DNA of 64,000 nt, taken from Acidobacteriota bacterium (GTDB taxonomy: Bacteria > Acidobacteriota > Blastocatellia > Chloracidobacteriales > JADJPF01). The notes beneath the pieces are model-generated. The model worked only from the letters and a program-made list of their open reading frames with translations, searched no databases and had not been told where the DNA came from. This document shows positions 18,798 through 27,646 of this stretch, in pieces (within the stretch, counting starts at the first letter, position 1; every line of letters begins with the position of its first letter). Both the position numbers and the translations under genes were made by a program. Location: positions 15,377 through 79,376 of the forward strand of contig JACQZQ010000071.1 in the NCBI GenBank assembly GCA_016213785.1, read 5' to 3'.

Positions 18798-20132
18798 TTA
18801 TTCTTTACTAGTAAGTCGAAAAATAAGCAGAATAGGTTTCCAATAAAAATCACAAACTATCTTAGATGTTTTTGATGGGCGAGCTTTCCAGAAATTAGCT
18901 TTTCTAGCAATTGCATCTGTCATATTTATACCACCAATATTTGCATCAACAAATTGTGCTTCAGCTACATTAGCACGCATTAATTTAGCAAAACGTAAAT
19001 CTGCCCCATTAAAACTAGCTTTATTAAGATTGGCCGCAGTTAAATTAATTCCTGTTAAGTCTGTTTTTTCTAAATTTGTTCCAATCAAAGTAGCTTTAGA
19101 TAAATTGGCCTGACGCATTACTGAGCCTGTTAATACAGAGTTATCCAAAATTGCGCTCTCTAAATTAGCATCAGAAAATTTAGCTGCAATTAAACTACAA
19201 CTTTTAAGCTTAATTCCTCGAAGTTCCATTCCTCTTATATCTATACCATTAAGATTAGAGGAAACAAATTCAGCACCAGGAAATTTTGCTACACGTAAAT
19301 CTATTCCTTGAAAATTAGCACTTTGAAAGCGGGTATTTTCAAACCAAGTATCTCTAATATTAGCAGAAGAAAAGGCTACTTTTTCTAAACGTGCTCCATT
19401 AAATTTAGCCATTTGCAGAGCAACATTATCAAATTTTACTTCAATTAATTCTGCTCCTTCAAAATCTGTACGTTGGAGATTTGCACCAGCAAAATCAGTT
19501 CCAATCATTTTGGCTCGACAAAATTTAGCAGAAGAAAGATCTGCATCTCTTAATTTAGTATATTTTAAGCTAGCTCCTGTGAGGTTAGCATTACGCATAT
19601 TTACTTTGTTTAAGTCCATATTATCTAGGACTACATTTTCTAAGTTTGTATTTTCAAATACTGACCCAGAAAGTCCTGTACCCTTAAAAGATGCATCTTT
19701 CATCATAGCACCAGAAAAATCAGATGCTTCTAGATTAGTTGCTTCAAATCTAGCGCCTTCTAGCATAGTTTCCTTTAGAGAAATTTTAGTTAGAGTGGCT
19801 CTATTTAATATACAAGATTTCATATTGGCACGATCTAGCTTTGCATCACGAAAATCAATACCTGTTAAATTAGCTCTTTCTAAAACAGCCCCAGTTAAAT
19901 TAGCTCCACGCATTATTGTGTCAGAAAAATTCGCTAGCTTAAAAATAGCCCCAGTTAAATTGCTCCCCTCCATATTAGCCCGAGAGAGATCAGCATTAGA
20001 AAGATCTCTACCAGAAAGATCCATATTTCTTAAATTGGCCCCAGTAAAATCTGGTGTGCCAATTTTATTAGCAGCACGCCAATCATTCCATTCAGGAGTA
20101 ACTAACATTTGCAAGTGAACATTATTCGCCAT
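18798..20132 (-). CDS. Pentapeptide repeat protein
   Basis: Almost entirely A[N/D]L/Fxx repeats after a WNDWR…PDF N-cap. Confidence 0.93.
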   Translation of the reverse strand: MANNVHLQMLVTPEWNDWRAANKIGTPDFTGANLRNMDLSGRDLSNADLSRANMEGSNLTGAIFKLANFSDTIMRGANLTGAVLERANLTGIDFRDAKLDRANMKSCILNRATLTKISLKETMLEGARFEATNLEASDFSGAMMKDASFKGTGLSGSVFENTNLENVVLDNMDLNKVNMRNANLTGASLKYTKLRDADLSSAKFCRAKMIGTDFAGANLQRTDFEGAELIEVKFDNVALQMAKFNGARLEKVAFSSANIRDTWFENTRFQSANFQGIDLRVAKFPGAEFVSSNLNGIDIRGMELRGIKLKSCSLIAAKFSDANLESAILDNSVLTGSVMRQANLSKATLIGTNLEKTDLTGINLTAANLNKASFNGADLRFAKLMRANVAEAQFVDANIGGINMTDAIARKANFWKARPSKTSKIVCDFYWKPILLIFRLTSKE

Positions 20133-20335
20133 AAACTATTTCTCATTTATTTTCTAAAATTAAGATGCTGTAAAAAGTCCCCTACCTTAACCTATTTAAG
20201 CAATTTAATATAGTAAAATACATTTAAGTTTACAAGGAGGATATTTTACTGGTGTTAAGGATTAGAGAAAGCATATTATAACCATAGATGCCAAGGAAAT
20301 AGAATCAAAAGTTGTCTATTTTCTTGCAAAAGAAA

Positions 20336-20367
20336 AATAGGAATAGAAGGTTAGTTCTATTCCTATT
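20336..20367 (-). terminator. Intrinsic terminator of the sigma/anti-sigma/OmpH operon
   Basis: AATAGGAATAGAA-N6-TTCTATTCCTATT with a T-rich run on the minus strand; a second hairpin at about 20292-20326. Confidence 0.65.
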
Positions 20368-20402
20368 AGGTAAGATGCTTTAGATTCTAAAAAATTTAAA
20401 AA

Positions 20403-20999
20403 CTATTTTTCAAGACTATGAAGATTGTAGTCCTTTATAAAATCCTCTGTAATATTATTTGAATCATCATAAAAAATTAGGTTATTTGAGTCAGGTAAGC
20501 TAAAAACAGCGATAATTCCCTTTTGTTTTGCATAAACTTGTAAGCTCTTGAAAACTTTATCTCTTATAGGCGCTAAATATTGTTCTAAACGTGCCTGAGA
20601 AGATTGTTTATAGTATTCTGCCTTAATGTCTAAATTTTTTTTAAGTGTTTGAAATAAATTAAGTTTATCTCTATAAATTTTTTCATTTAAGGCATTAGAC
20701 TTTAACTCTTCTTGCAATTTAACTAATTGCTCGTCTAAATTTTTTAACTCATTAAAGCTTGCTTGGAATTCTTGTTGTACTTTGTCATATTGTTTTTTTA
20801 TCTCTAAAATGTTTGTATCAAGCGTTTGTAAGTCTATAAATGCTACTTTACCTTCAACAAGTGCTTTATTTGATTTATCAGGCTTATCAGGTTTATTTTG
20901 GCTTATAAGTGGCTGGTTTAAGCCAGAAGAGTTTTGGGAAAAACTAGTACTAGTAAAACCTAGTACTAATACTAAAGCAAATAGAAAAAGCTTTATCAT
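20403..20999 (-). CDS. OmpH/Skp-family periplasmic chaperone
   Basis: Signal peptide, KVAFID, long coiled coil, YAKQKGIIAVF, NITEDFIKDYN; GGAGG RBS. Confidence 0.8.
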   Translation of the reverse strand: MIKLFLFALVLVLGFTSTSFSQNSSGLNQPLISQNKPDKPDKSNKALVEGKVAFIDLQTLDTNILEIKKQYDKVQQEFQASFNELKNLDEQLVKLQEELKSNALNEKIYRDKLNLFQTLKKNLDIKAEYYKQSSQARLEQYLAPIRDKVFKSLQVYAKQKGIIAVFSLPDSNNLIFYDDSNNITEDFIKDYNLHSLEK

Positions 21000-21065
21000 T
21001 AAGACCTCCTTTATAGATCATTTGTTTAAAGGATATTAAATTGATTTCTTAATTATTAAAAGTGA

Positions 21066-21881
21066 CTATTGAACTGACTTATTATTTATATTTAGTATTA
21101 ACTTAACTGGATATTTTTCTATATTAGATATTGATAAAGGAACATAATAATTATAATTTTCCATTACTGGAAAAACTAAGTTATTATTACAATTAGCCTG
21201 TTTATTTAGGCTTATATGGGGATGGTATTTAGAAGGTTTTTTATAATTAGATTCTAGTTCATCTAGACTTAGAGTTTGTTCTAACCAGCTATTAGAGAGT
21301 GGAACAAGCTGCTTTTCAAAATTAGAAGCTAATAAATATGGCCTTTGTAACCTAAATACATTACTAGAATCAGTTTGTATATTATTTTTGCTTTTATTAG
21401 AATTTGATTTTCTTAGTTGAGAATAGTTTTTTTTATTTTTAGTTATTGTAATAATTTCTTTACTAATATGTTTAGAAATAATATTTCTATTGTTAGAAAG
21501 CATATTATTATTTTCTTCAGAAATTTTAGTATACTGATTTTGGCGAGTTTCTATAATTTCTTTACTAATATAATTTATATTGTTATTAAGATTTGATGTT
21601 TGATTAGCTATAGAAAACCAAATAGTTATAAGAAATAATACTAATATACTTGCAGCTATTGGGAGAGGCACTTTAATAGAACTATGTATAAATTTATAAA
21701 AGAAGCTTTCCTTTTGCTTTTTATGAAAAGCGCTTAAAACCTTTTTGTCTAAAGCAGGCGATGGTTTAAGTGTTTTCCAAGAACTAAGAATAGTTTTTAA
21801 CTCTTTTTCTTCTATATTTAAGCTATCAAGATTAGAAAAATTTTCACAATTATCTAAATTATTTTTGGCTTCTTTTCTCAT
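21066..21881 (-). CDS. Putative single-TM anti-sigma factor
   Basis: Starts 3 nt after the ECF sigma stop; LKTILSSWK…PSPALD, then a TM helix (VPLPIAASILVLFLITIWF). Confidence 0.6.
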   Translation of the reverse strand: MRKEAKNNLDNCENFSNLDSLNIEEKELKTILSSWKTLKPSPALDKKVLSAFHKKQKESFFYKFIHSSIKVPLPIAASILVLFLITIWFSIANQTSNLNNNINYISKEIIETRQNQYTKISEENNNMLSNNRNIISKHISKEIITITKNKKNYSQLRKSNSNKSKNNIQTDSSNVFRLQRPYLLASNFEKQLVPLSNSWLEQTLSLDELESNYKKPSKYHPHISLNKQANCNNNLVFPVMENYNYYVPLSISNIEKYPVKLILNINNKSVQ

Positions 21882-21884
21882 CTT

Positions 21885-22466
21885 TTATATCTTTCTTACT
21901 AAAGTGAACGGATTATTATTAGAATAATATTCAAGTAACAATTTACGTAAATTTTCCCTTCCTCTATGAAGACGGGACTTAACTACTCCTATATTTGTTG
22001 TAGTTATTATTGCAATTTCTGAAAGACTTAATTCTTCATATTCTGTAAGTATTAAAACTTCTTTTTGATTAGAAGGTAATCGACTAAAAGCTTTTTCAAT
22101 TACTAAAGAAAGCTCTTTATCTAATACTTGTTTTAACTCAAGTGCTGGAGAAAAATAATAATCTTCTTCAAAATCTGAGACTGATAATTCATAATTATGA
22201 CTATTAAAACATTTAAGAGATAAATTTCTAGCTATAGAATAAATATAAGTAATAAAAGAGCTACGTTTAGAGTCAAACCGAGAAGGGTTTTTAATTAAAA
22301 ATAAAAAACAGTCTTGGGTTACATCTTCTGCTTTTTCTATAGAATTTAGCATTCTATAAGAAAAGCTAAATACTCTATTTTTATAACGTTCATAAAGGGC
22401 TATAAATGCGGCTTCTTCCCCTTTAGAGGCTTTTTTAAGCAATACTTCATCTGATTGATAGAGCAC
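21885..22466 (-). CDS. ECF RNA polymerase sigma factor
   Basis: SDEVLL…AFIALYERY, AEDVTQDCF, YIYSIARN, LSEIA…VKSRLHRGR. Confidence 0.92.
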   Translation of the reverse strand: MLYQSDEVLLKKASKGEEAAFIALYERYKNRVFSFSYRMLNSIEKAEDVTQDCFLFLIKNPSRFDSKRSSFITYIYSIARNLSLKCFNSHNYELSVSDFEEDYYFSPALELKQVLDKELSLVIEKAFSRLPSNQKEVLILTEYEELSLSEIAIITTTNIGVVKSRLHRGRENLRKLLLEYYSNNNPFTLVRKI

Positions 22467-22711
22467 TTTTAAGATCCAATCTTAGGAGTTGTTTTCTATA
22501 TAGAGTTATTACATTTGATTACAAAAAAGATACGCAAGAAAAAAAATTTTGCAGAAAAAAAATTTTACCTACTTAATAAAATCTTATGAATGACTTGCTT
22601 GACATTTGAGTATGCTTGACTTAATTTTGCCGTTTACACATATCTATTTCTAAAACTTAATATTTCTAAAACTTCTTAAAATCTTAATATAAAAATCAAG
22701 GGGATTTACTA

Positions 22712-23872
22712 ATGAAAATTCATGAATATCAAGCAAAAGCATTATTAGCTAAATATGGTGTAAAAGTACCAAAAAGCAAAATGGTTCGTAACTCGTCAGA
22801 TGTGGCAAGTATTGTTAAAGAATTAGGTCTTCCTGTTGTTGTAAAAGCTCAAATTCATGCAGGAGGACGTGGTAAAGGCGGAGGTGTTAAATTAGCCCGT
22901 AGTTTAGAAGAAGCTGAAAATTTAGCTAGTCAAATGCTAGGGATGAAATTAGTAACCCATCAAACCGGGCCAGAAGGTAGAGAAGTTCAAACCCTACTTA
23001 TTGAAGAAGGGTTAAAAATTAAACAGGAGTTCTACTTAAGCGTAGTCTTAGATCGCGTTACTTCTCAAATAGTTTTTATGGCCTCTAAAGCAGGCGGTAT
23101 GGATATAGAAGAAGTTGCTGCACATAGCCCTGAAGCAATTCTTAAGGAATATATTGATCCAGCCGTTGGAATGCAGGCTTTTCAAGCTCGTAAAATAGCT
23201 TTTGGCTTAGGTCTTTCTGCTGAGCTAGTTTCTTTAGCAACCAAATTTATTTTATCTCTTTATAGAGCTTTTGTAGAGCTTGATGCATCACTTTTAGAAA
23301 TAAATCCATTTTTACTTACTGAAGATGGAGAACTTTATGCTTTAGATGCTAAAGTAAATTTTGATGATAATGCACTATATCGTCATAAGGATTTTGCAGA
23401 ACTTAGAGACTTAAACGAAGAGGAACCTTTAGAAATAGAGGCTTCAAAATATGACCTTAACTATATAAAACTAGATGGCACAATAGGTTGTATGGTAAAT
23501 GGAGCAGGGCTAGCAATGGCTACTATGGATATTATTAAACTTGCTGGTGGAGAGCCTGCTAACTTTTTAGATGTTGGTGGTGGTGCTTCTCAAGCAAGAG
23601 TAGAAAACGCTTTTCGTATCCTTTTGGCTGATAAAAAAGTTCGTGCAGTTTTAATTAATATTTTTGGTGGAATTGTACGCTGTGATATGGTTGCTGCTGG
23701 AGTTATTGCAGCCGCAAAAAACCTTGGCATAGAAATTCCTGTTGTTGTTAGACTTGAAGGAACAAACGTAGAACGTGCCCGCGAACTACTTAATGAATCA
23801 GGACTTAATTTTACTACTGCCGCAGGTATGAAAGATGCCGCCGAAAAAGTAGTAGCTCTTGCAGGTCAATAA
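22712..23872 (+). CDS. sucC: Succinyl-CoA synthetase beta subunit
   Basis: [56 protein letters not shown]. Confidence 0.97.
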   Translation: MKIHEYQAKALLAKYGVKVPKSKMVRNSSDVASIVKELGLPVVVKAQIHAGGRGKGGGVKLARSLEEAENLASQMLGMKLVTHQTGPEGREVQTLLIEEGLKIKQEFYLSVVLDRVTSQIVFMASKAGGMDIEEVAAHSPEAILKEYIDPAVGMQAFQARKIAFGLGLSAELVSLATKFILSLYRAFVELDASLLEINPFLLTEDGELYALDAKVNFDDNALYRHKDFAELRDLNEEEPLEIEASKYDLNYIKLDGTIGCMVNGAGLAMATMDIIKLAGGEPANFLDVGGGASQARVENAFRILLADKKVRAVLINIFGGIVRCDMVAAGVIAAAKNLGIEIPVVVRLEGTNVERARELLNESGLNFTTAAGMKDAAEKVVALAGQ

Positions 23873-23902
23873 TTAATATAAGTAAGAGTTTTACTTATTA
23901 TC

Positions 23903-23939
23903 AAAAGCGTGTAACTAAAGGGGATTACACGCTTTTTTT
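23903..23939 (+). terminator. Intrinsic terminator after sucC
   Basis: AAAAGCGTGTAA-N10-TTACACGCTTTT followed by a T-run. Confidence 0.85.
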
Positions 23940-24094
23940 CTTTTAATTAGGCAACCAGTAAATCCATTTTTCCAAGTTTAAATCCATTTTTTTGTTAAAA
24001 AAATATTTACCTATGAAAAGATAGCTATAATAAAAAGTTAGTTAATTAATTTATAATTAACTAATTAACTCTCAAACTAAAAATAATTTTGTAC

Positions 24095-24110
24095 TGGCAT
24101 TGTAGTTGCA
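24095..24110 (+). promoter_or_regulatory. Sigma54 (RpoN) -24/-12 promoter
   Basis: TGGCAT-TGTAG-TTGCA against consensus TGGCAC-N5-TTGCW; GG (24096-97) and GC (24108-09) correctly spaced; intergenic and oriented toward 24387. Confidence 0.6.
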
Positions 24111-24138
24111 TTGATGGCAAAACAATACAAACTAAAAA

Positions 24139-24217
24139 TAGACATTATCGGAATAAGTATTTTGCTATTGATTTATAAGGACTTAAAAAAGATTTCTAGT
24201 ATTTCCGATAATGTCTA
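24139..24217. repeat. 15-bp perfect inverted repeat with 49-nt spacer
   Basis: TAGACATTATCGGAA (24139-24153) / TTCCGATAATGTCTA (24203-24217). Confidence 0.85.
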
Positions 24218-24386
24218 AGTGTTAATACTTGTACAATTTAATCTATAGGGCTTTTGCCATGTTAATTACAACCATCTAAACACACAAATAACCGCTTCAT
24301 AATTTCTAAATAAAACCAACAAACTTATTCTTTATATCTTATTAATTTTTATTAATTCTTATTAAGAAAAATAAGGCTAAACTCCT

Positions 24387-25289
24387 ATGTCTACAGTAAA
24401 TCCTGCAATTAATGGTGCAAAAGCTACTCTAGCTAACCTATTTAAGACTTATAGACGACAAATACTAGGCACATATTTTTTATTTAATTTAGAAAATTTG
24501 CTAGCCCTTACACAACCTCTTGCCTTAGGCTTAGCTATCAATAGTCTGCTATCTCAGACCTATTGGGGAATAACTATTTTGGCTATTCAGCACTTATCTC
24601 ACCTTTTAATTAGTTCCTTACGTCAAGCCTATGATAGTAGAATCTTTACTAGAATTTACACTGATTTGGTTACTCAAGTAGTGGTAGGGCAAAGAAAACA
24701 AGATATTTCTGTATCAAAAGTTGTTGCTAGATCTGCTTTGTCTAGAGAGTTTGTAGACTTTTTTGAGCATAATATCCCAATGATAGTCCGATCCTTATAT
24801 TCTATTATTGGTTCTTTATTAATGCTATTTTATTATGACTCAGTATTAGTCTTATATTGTTTGCTTTTAGTAATACCTGCAAGTATTGTAAATTACTTTT
24901 ATAGCCAAAAAACTTATCTTCTTAATGGAAAACTAAATGATCAGATTGAAAAAGAAGTCATAGTTATTGAAGAAGGTGTTTTTACAAATATTCAAGACCA
25001 TTATAGAGCAATTTCTAAATGGAAAATAAAATTGTCTGATCTAGGGGCTGTTAACTTTAGTTTAATGGAGTTATTTATACTTAGTCTTTTTATAGCTTCA
25101 TTAATACGCTACTGCCATATACCTAATGTTTCAACAGGAGATATATTTGCTACTTTTAATTATGTGATAACATTTGTTACTGGTTTAGACACAGTTCCTT
25201 TACTTGTTCAACAAATTACTAGATTATTGGATATAGGTCAAAGAATACAACTTCTTAATGATTTTGACCCTACTAACTCAGAACAATAA
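24387..25289 (+). CDS. Stand-alone ABC-exporter six-TM domain protein (no ATPase domain)
   Basis: About 6 hydrophobic segments; LENLL…PLALGLAIN, RQAYDSRIFTRIY, ARSALSREFVDFFE resemble the ABC_membrane_3-type family; no Walker motifs. Confidence 0.75.
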   Translation: MSTVNPAINGAKATLANLFKTYRRQILGTYFLFNLENLLALTQPLALGLAINSLLSQTYWGITILAIQHLSHLLISSLRQAYDSRIFTRIYTDLVTQVVVGQRKQDISVSKVVARSALSREFVDFFEHNIPMIVRSLYSIIGSLLMLFYYDSVLVLYCLLLVIPASIVNYFYSQKTYLLNGKLNDQIEKEVIVIEEGVFTNIQDHYRAISKWKIKLSDLGAVNFSLMELFILSLFIASLIRYCHIPNVSTGDIFATFNYVITFVTGLDTVPLLVQQITRLLDIGQRIQLLNDFDPTNSEQ

Positions 25290-25345
25290 AAACGGCATAG
25301 CAATAGAGGCATAATAATAAGTATTTGGGTTGTTGAAGACCTTGA

Positions 25346-26434
25346 TTGGCAATTATACTACATATGACAAAGGACAAAAATATCCTTAATACTTTTAACT
25401 TAATTGAACTGGAAAAAGAAGGCTATTCTAAGCTTGAAATAGGCTTAGCCTTATGTATGATAGGTAATTTTAATAGTGCCTCAGAATTTCTTTTAGCTCA
25501 TTGTCATAAAAATCGATCTAGAAAACAATCAAATAAACTTGATTATTTAATACCTATTAAAACTAATAAAGCAAGATTGCTTTATGATATTGAGCAGTTT
25601 TATTTCTTAAAAGAAAAGGGGTTGTTAAATTCAACTTGTGAGTGCTTAATTAAAGCTTATTTAGATGTTTTAGCCTCTGCTCCAGAAAACTCTAGTGAAG
25701 GCGAATTTTTTAATGTTTCTAAAAATGCGCCTAAAGAATTCTTAGAAAACTATAATCAGCTAATTTATTTTGATAAACCAACTACTGAATGTAAAAGAGC
25801 CATCAACCCTGAAATTGATTGGGCAAGAATTGATTTAGATTTTTGTGAGAACTCAAAAGACTTTGTTGTTTTAGATAATTTTCTTACAAAAGAAGCCCTT
25901 AATGAACTTTATAGGTTTTGTTTGCTATCTACTGTTTGGGAGCAAATAAACACAGTTAAAGACTTTTATGCCATTCTTTCTAATGGTTTGGCTTCTCCAA
26001 TAATCTTCCAAATAGCTTATGAATTTCGTTGTGCTTTGGCTAATTTACTAGCTGAACTTTATTTATTTGATGGTTGGGCAATTAAATACTGTGGAAAGGA
26101 AACAGAAGTCGGTATTCATGCTGATAGAGGAAAAATTACTCTCAATTTTTGGATTACTCCTGATAGTGCTAATTTAATACCAGGTACAGGAGGATTACGT
26201 ATTTGGAATAGGCATCTTCCAAATACGTATTTTGAACAGTATGAGCAAGAAAAAAAAGCATTTATAGAAAAAGCCCTAAGGGCACCTGATATTAAATCAA
26301 CTCTTGTTACTTATAAATGTAATCGGGCTATTATTTTTCGCTCAAGTTTAGCTCATGGAACAGAGCCATTTATGTTTTCTGATAATTATTCAGAACGTAG
26401 GATGAACATTACATTATTATTTGGCAAAATATAG
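25346..26434 (+). CDS. 2OG-Fe(II) oxygenase-fold protein with helical N-terminal region
   Basis: VVLDNFL, IHAD (HxD), LNFWITPDSANL…GGL, YKCNRAIIFRSSLAH (distal His), RMNITLLFG (2OG-binding Arg). Start may be ATG 25364. Confidence 0.78.
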   Translation: MAIILHMTKDKNILNTFNLIELEKEGYSKLEIGLALCMIGNFNSASEFLLAHCHKNRSRKQSNKLDYLIPIKTNKARLLYDIEQFYFLKEKGLLNSTCECLIKAYLDVLASAPENSSEGEFFNVSKNAPKEFLENYNQLIYFDKPTTECKRAINPEIDWARIDLDFCENSKDFVVLDNFLTKEALNELYRFCLLSTVWEQINTVKDFYAILSNGLASPIIFQIAYEFRCALANLLAELYLFDGWAIKYCGKETEVGIHADRGKITLNFWITPDSANLIPGTGGLRIWNRHLPNTYFEQYEQEKKAFIEKALRAPDIKSTLVTYKCNRAIIFRSSLAHGTEPFMFSDNYSERRMNITLLFGKI

Positions 26435-26522
26435 TCAGCCCAAGACCCCCGTTTTATTTAAGAATAAGTATAAAATTTACTATTTTGTATCCTATAATAT
26501 TAGCGTAATATTTTTTACTAGA

Positions 26523-26552
26523 TTGCTTTTTACAACAGTGATTTGTTACCAT
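26523..26552 (+). promoter_or_regulatory. Candidate sigma70 promoter for the small acidic peptide gene
   Basis: TTGCTT-N18-TACCAT with extended -10 TG at 26544-45. Confidence 0.4.
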
Positions 26553-26731
26553 TGCCATCGGCAGTTGGTTAGGTTGCTAAAGTAGTTTCTTAAATTACCT
26601 TACCTACTTTCATTTCGACAAATAATTTTCTAAGAAAATTATATTATTTGCGGCTTTTTTAAGCTGTGTACTAGTAGGATTTTCTTTAATCTTATTATTA
26701 TAATTAATTTAACTTAAGGAGAACAAATATT

Positions 26732-26872
26732 ATGCCAACCCCAAGAGGCGGAGTAGGATCAGAAAGATCTGTAGATGATGCACCAAAAGATGTACAAGAA
26801 TTAGCAGAAGACTTAGAATCAGCAGCAAAAGAACAAGAAGAGCAGTCAGACAGTAGTTCAGAAGAAAAATAG
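26732..26872 (+). CDS. 46-aa acidic peptide (unannotated; candidate precursor or substrate peptide)
   Basis: AAGGAG RBS at 26716-26721, ATG 26732; MPTPRGGVGSERSVDDAPKDVQELAEDLESAAKEQEEQSDSSSEEK-TAG. Confidence 0.78.
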   Translation: MPTPRGGVGSERSVDDAPKDVQELAEDLESAAKEQEEQSDSSSEEK

Positions 26873-26919
26873 ACCAATACATAAATTGATCTATACTCAA
26901 GTCTTTAGCAAAATTTCTT

Positions 26920-26960
26920 TACAAGAAGATCCTAAGTACTATACTTAGAGTCTTCTTGTA
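26920..26960 (+). terminator. Long stem-loop between the peptide gene and the second oxygenase
   Basis: TACAAGAAGA-tc-CTAAGTA-cta-TACTTAG-ag-TCTTCTTGTA; no U-tract, so possibly a transcript-stabilising or partial-readthrough hairpin. Confidence 0.6.
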
Positions 26961-26974
26961 GGTATATTAAATAG

Positions 26975-27598
26975 ATGTTAAGGAAAAAAAGTTTAATTTC
27001 ACAAAAATACCAAAATACAAATTTATTAACTAAGGAAGAAAGAGATTTTATAAAAAGGGATTTTCCTTGGACACACTATGTTCTAGATGGTTTTATAGAA
27101 GAAAAACCATTTAAAAGAATGCAAAAAACCTTCTTATCTAAAAAACACAAATTCTTGATAAAAGAAAATGATCCCTATTTTGTACAATATGCACTTTTAA
27201 GATACCTTCCTCTTGCAAAAGTTTTTTATTCTTTAGAGTTCAAAAATTTGCTAGAAACATTTTCAGGCTTTTCTCTTTCTCTTAACACTTCAAATTATGT
27301 TCAAGTAAGATATATGAACATAGATTCGCCAGAACTCCCTATACATATAGATACTCTTGAAGGTAGGGCAATTATAGCAATTTATTATTTGTCTCCTAAT
27401 TGGGTAGAAGATTCAGGTGGGGAACTTTGTCTTTATGATGAATTTGAAGAAAATATCCCTAAAACAATTATTAAGCCTGTAGAAAATAGGCTGCTGTTTT
27501 TTTCCTCAAGTATTACTACTTGGCATAGTATCAAAAAAGTTAATAATTGGGAAAGATATAGTGTTTTAAGTACTTGGAATGTTAAAAAACTTAAATAA
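26975..27598 (+). CDS. 2OG-Fe(II) oxygenase, prolyl-4-hydroxylase-like
   Basis: FPWTHYVLDGF, LPIHID (HxD), IYYLSPNW…GGELCLY, PVENRLLFF, TWHS, RYS. Confidence 0.85.
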   Translation: MLRKKSLISQKYQNTNLLTKEERDFIKRDFPWTHYVLDGFIEEKPFKRMQKTFLSKKHKFLIKENDPYFVQYALLRYLPLAKVFYSLEFKNLLETFSGFSLSLNTSNYVQVRYMNIDSPELPIHIDTLEGRAIIAIYYLSPNWVEDSGGELCLYDEFEENIPKTIIKPVENRLLFFSSSITTWHSIKKVNNWERYSVLSTWNVKKLK

Positions 27599-27646
27599 GA
27601 AATAATAGCTAAATATTGCTTGGAATATAGAAGTAATTTTTAGTAC

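Noticed and set aside
19510-20118. 202-aa ORF antisense to the pentapeptide repeat gene
   Set aside because: Shadow ORF produced by the repetitive codon pattern of the real gene on the opposite strand.
24114-24218. 34-aa ORF MAKQYKLKIDIIGISILLLIYKDLKKISSISDNV spanning the inverted repeat (type I toxin-like or leader peptide)
   Set aside because: No RBS, it begins upstream of the expected sigma54 start site, and hydrophobic/Lys-rich short ORFs arise easily in AT-rich DNA; not supportable without conservation data.
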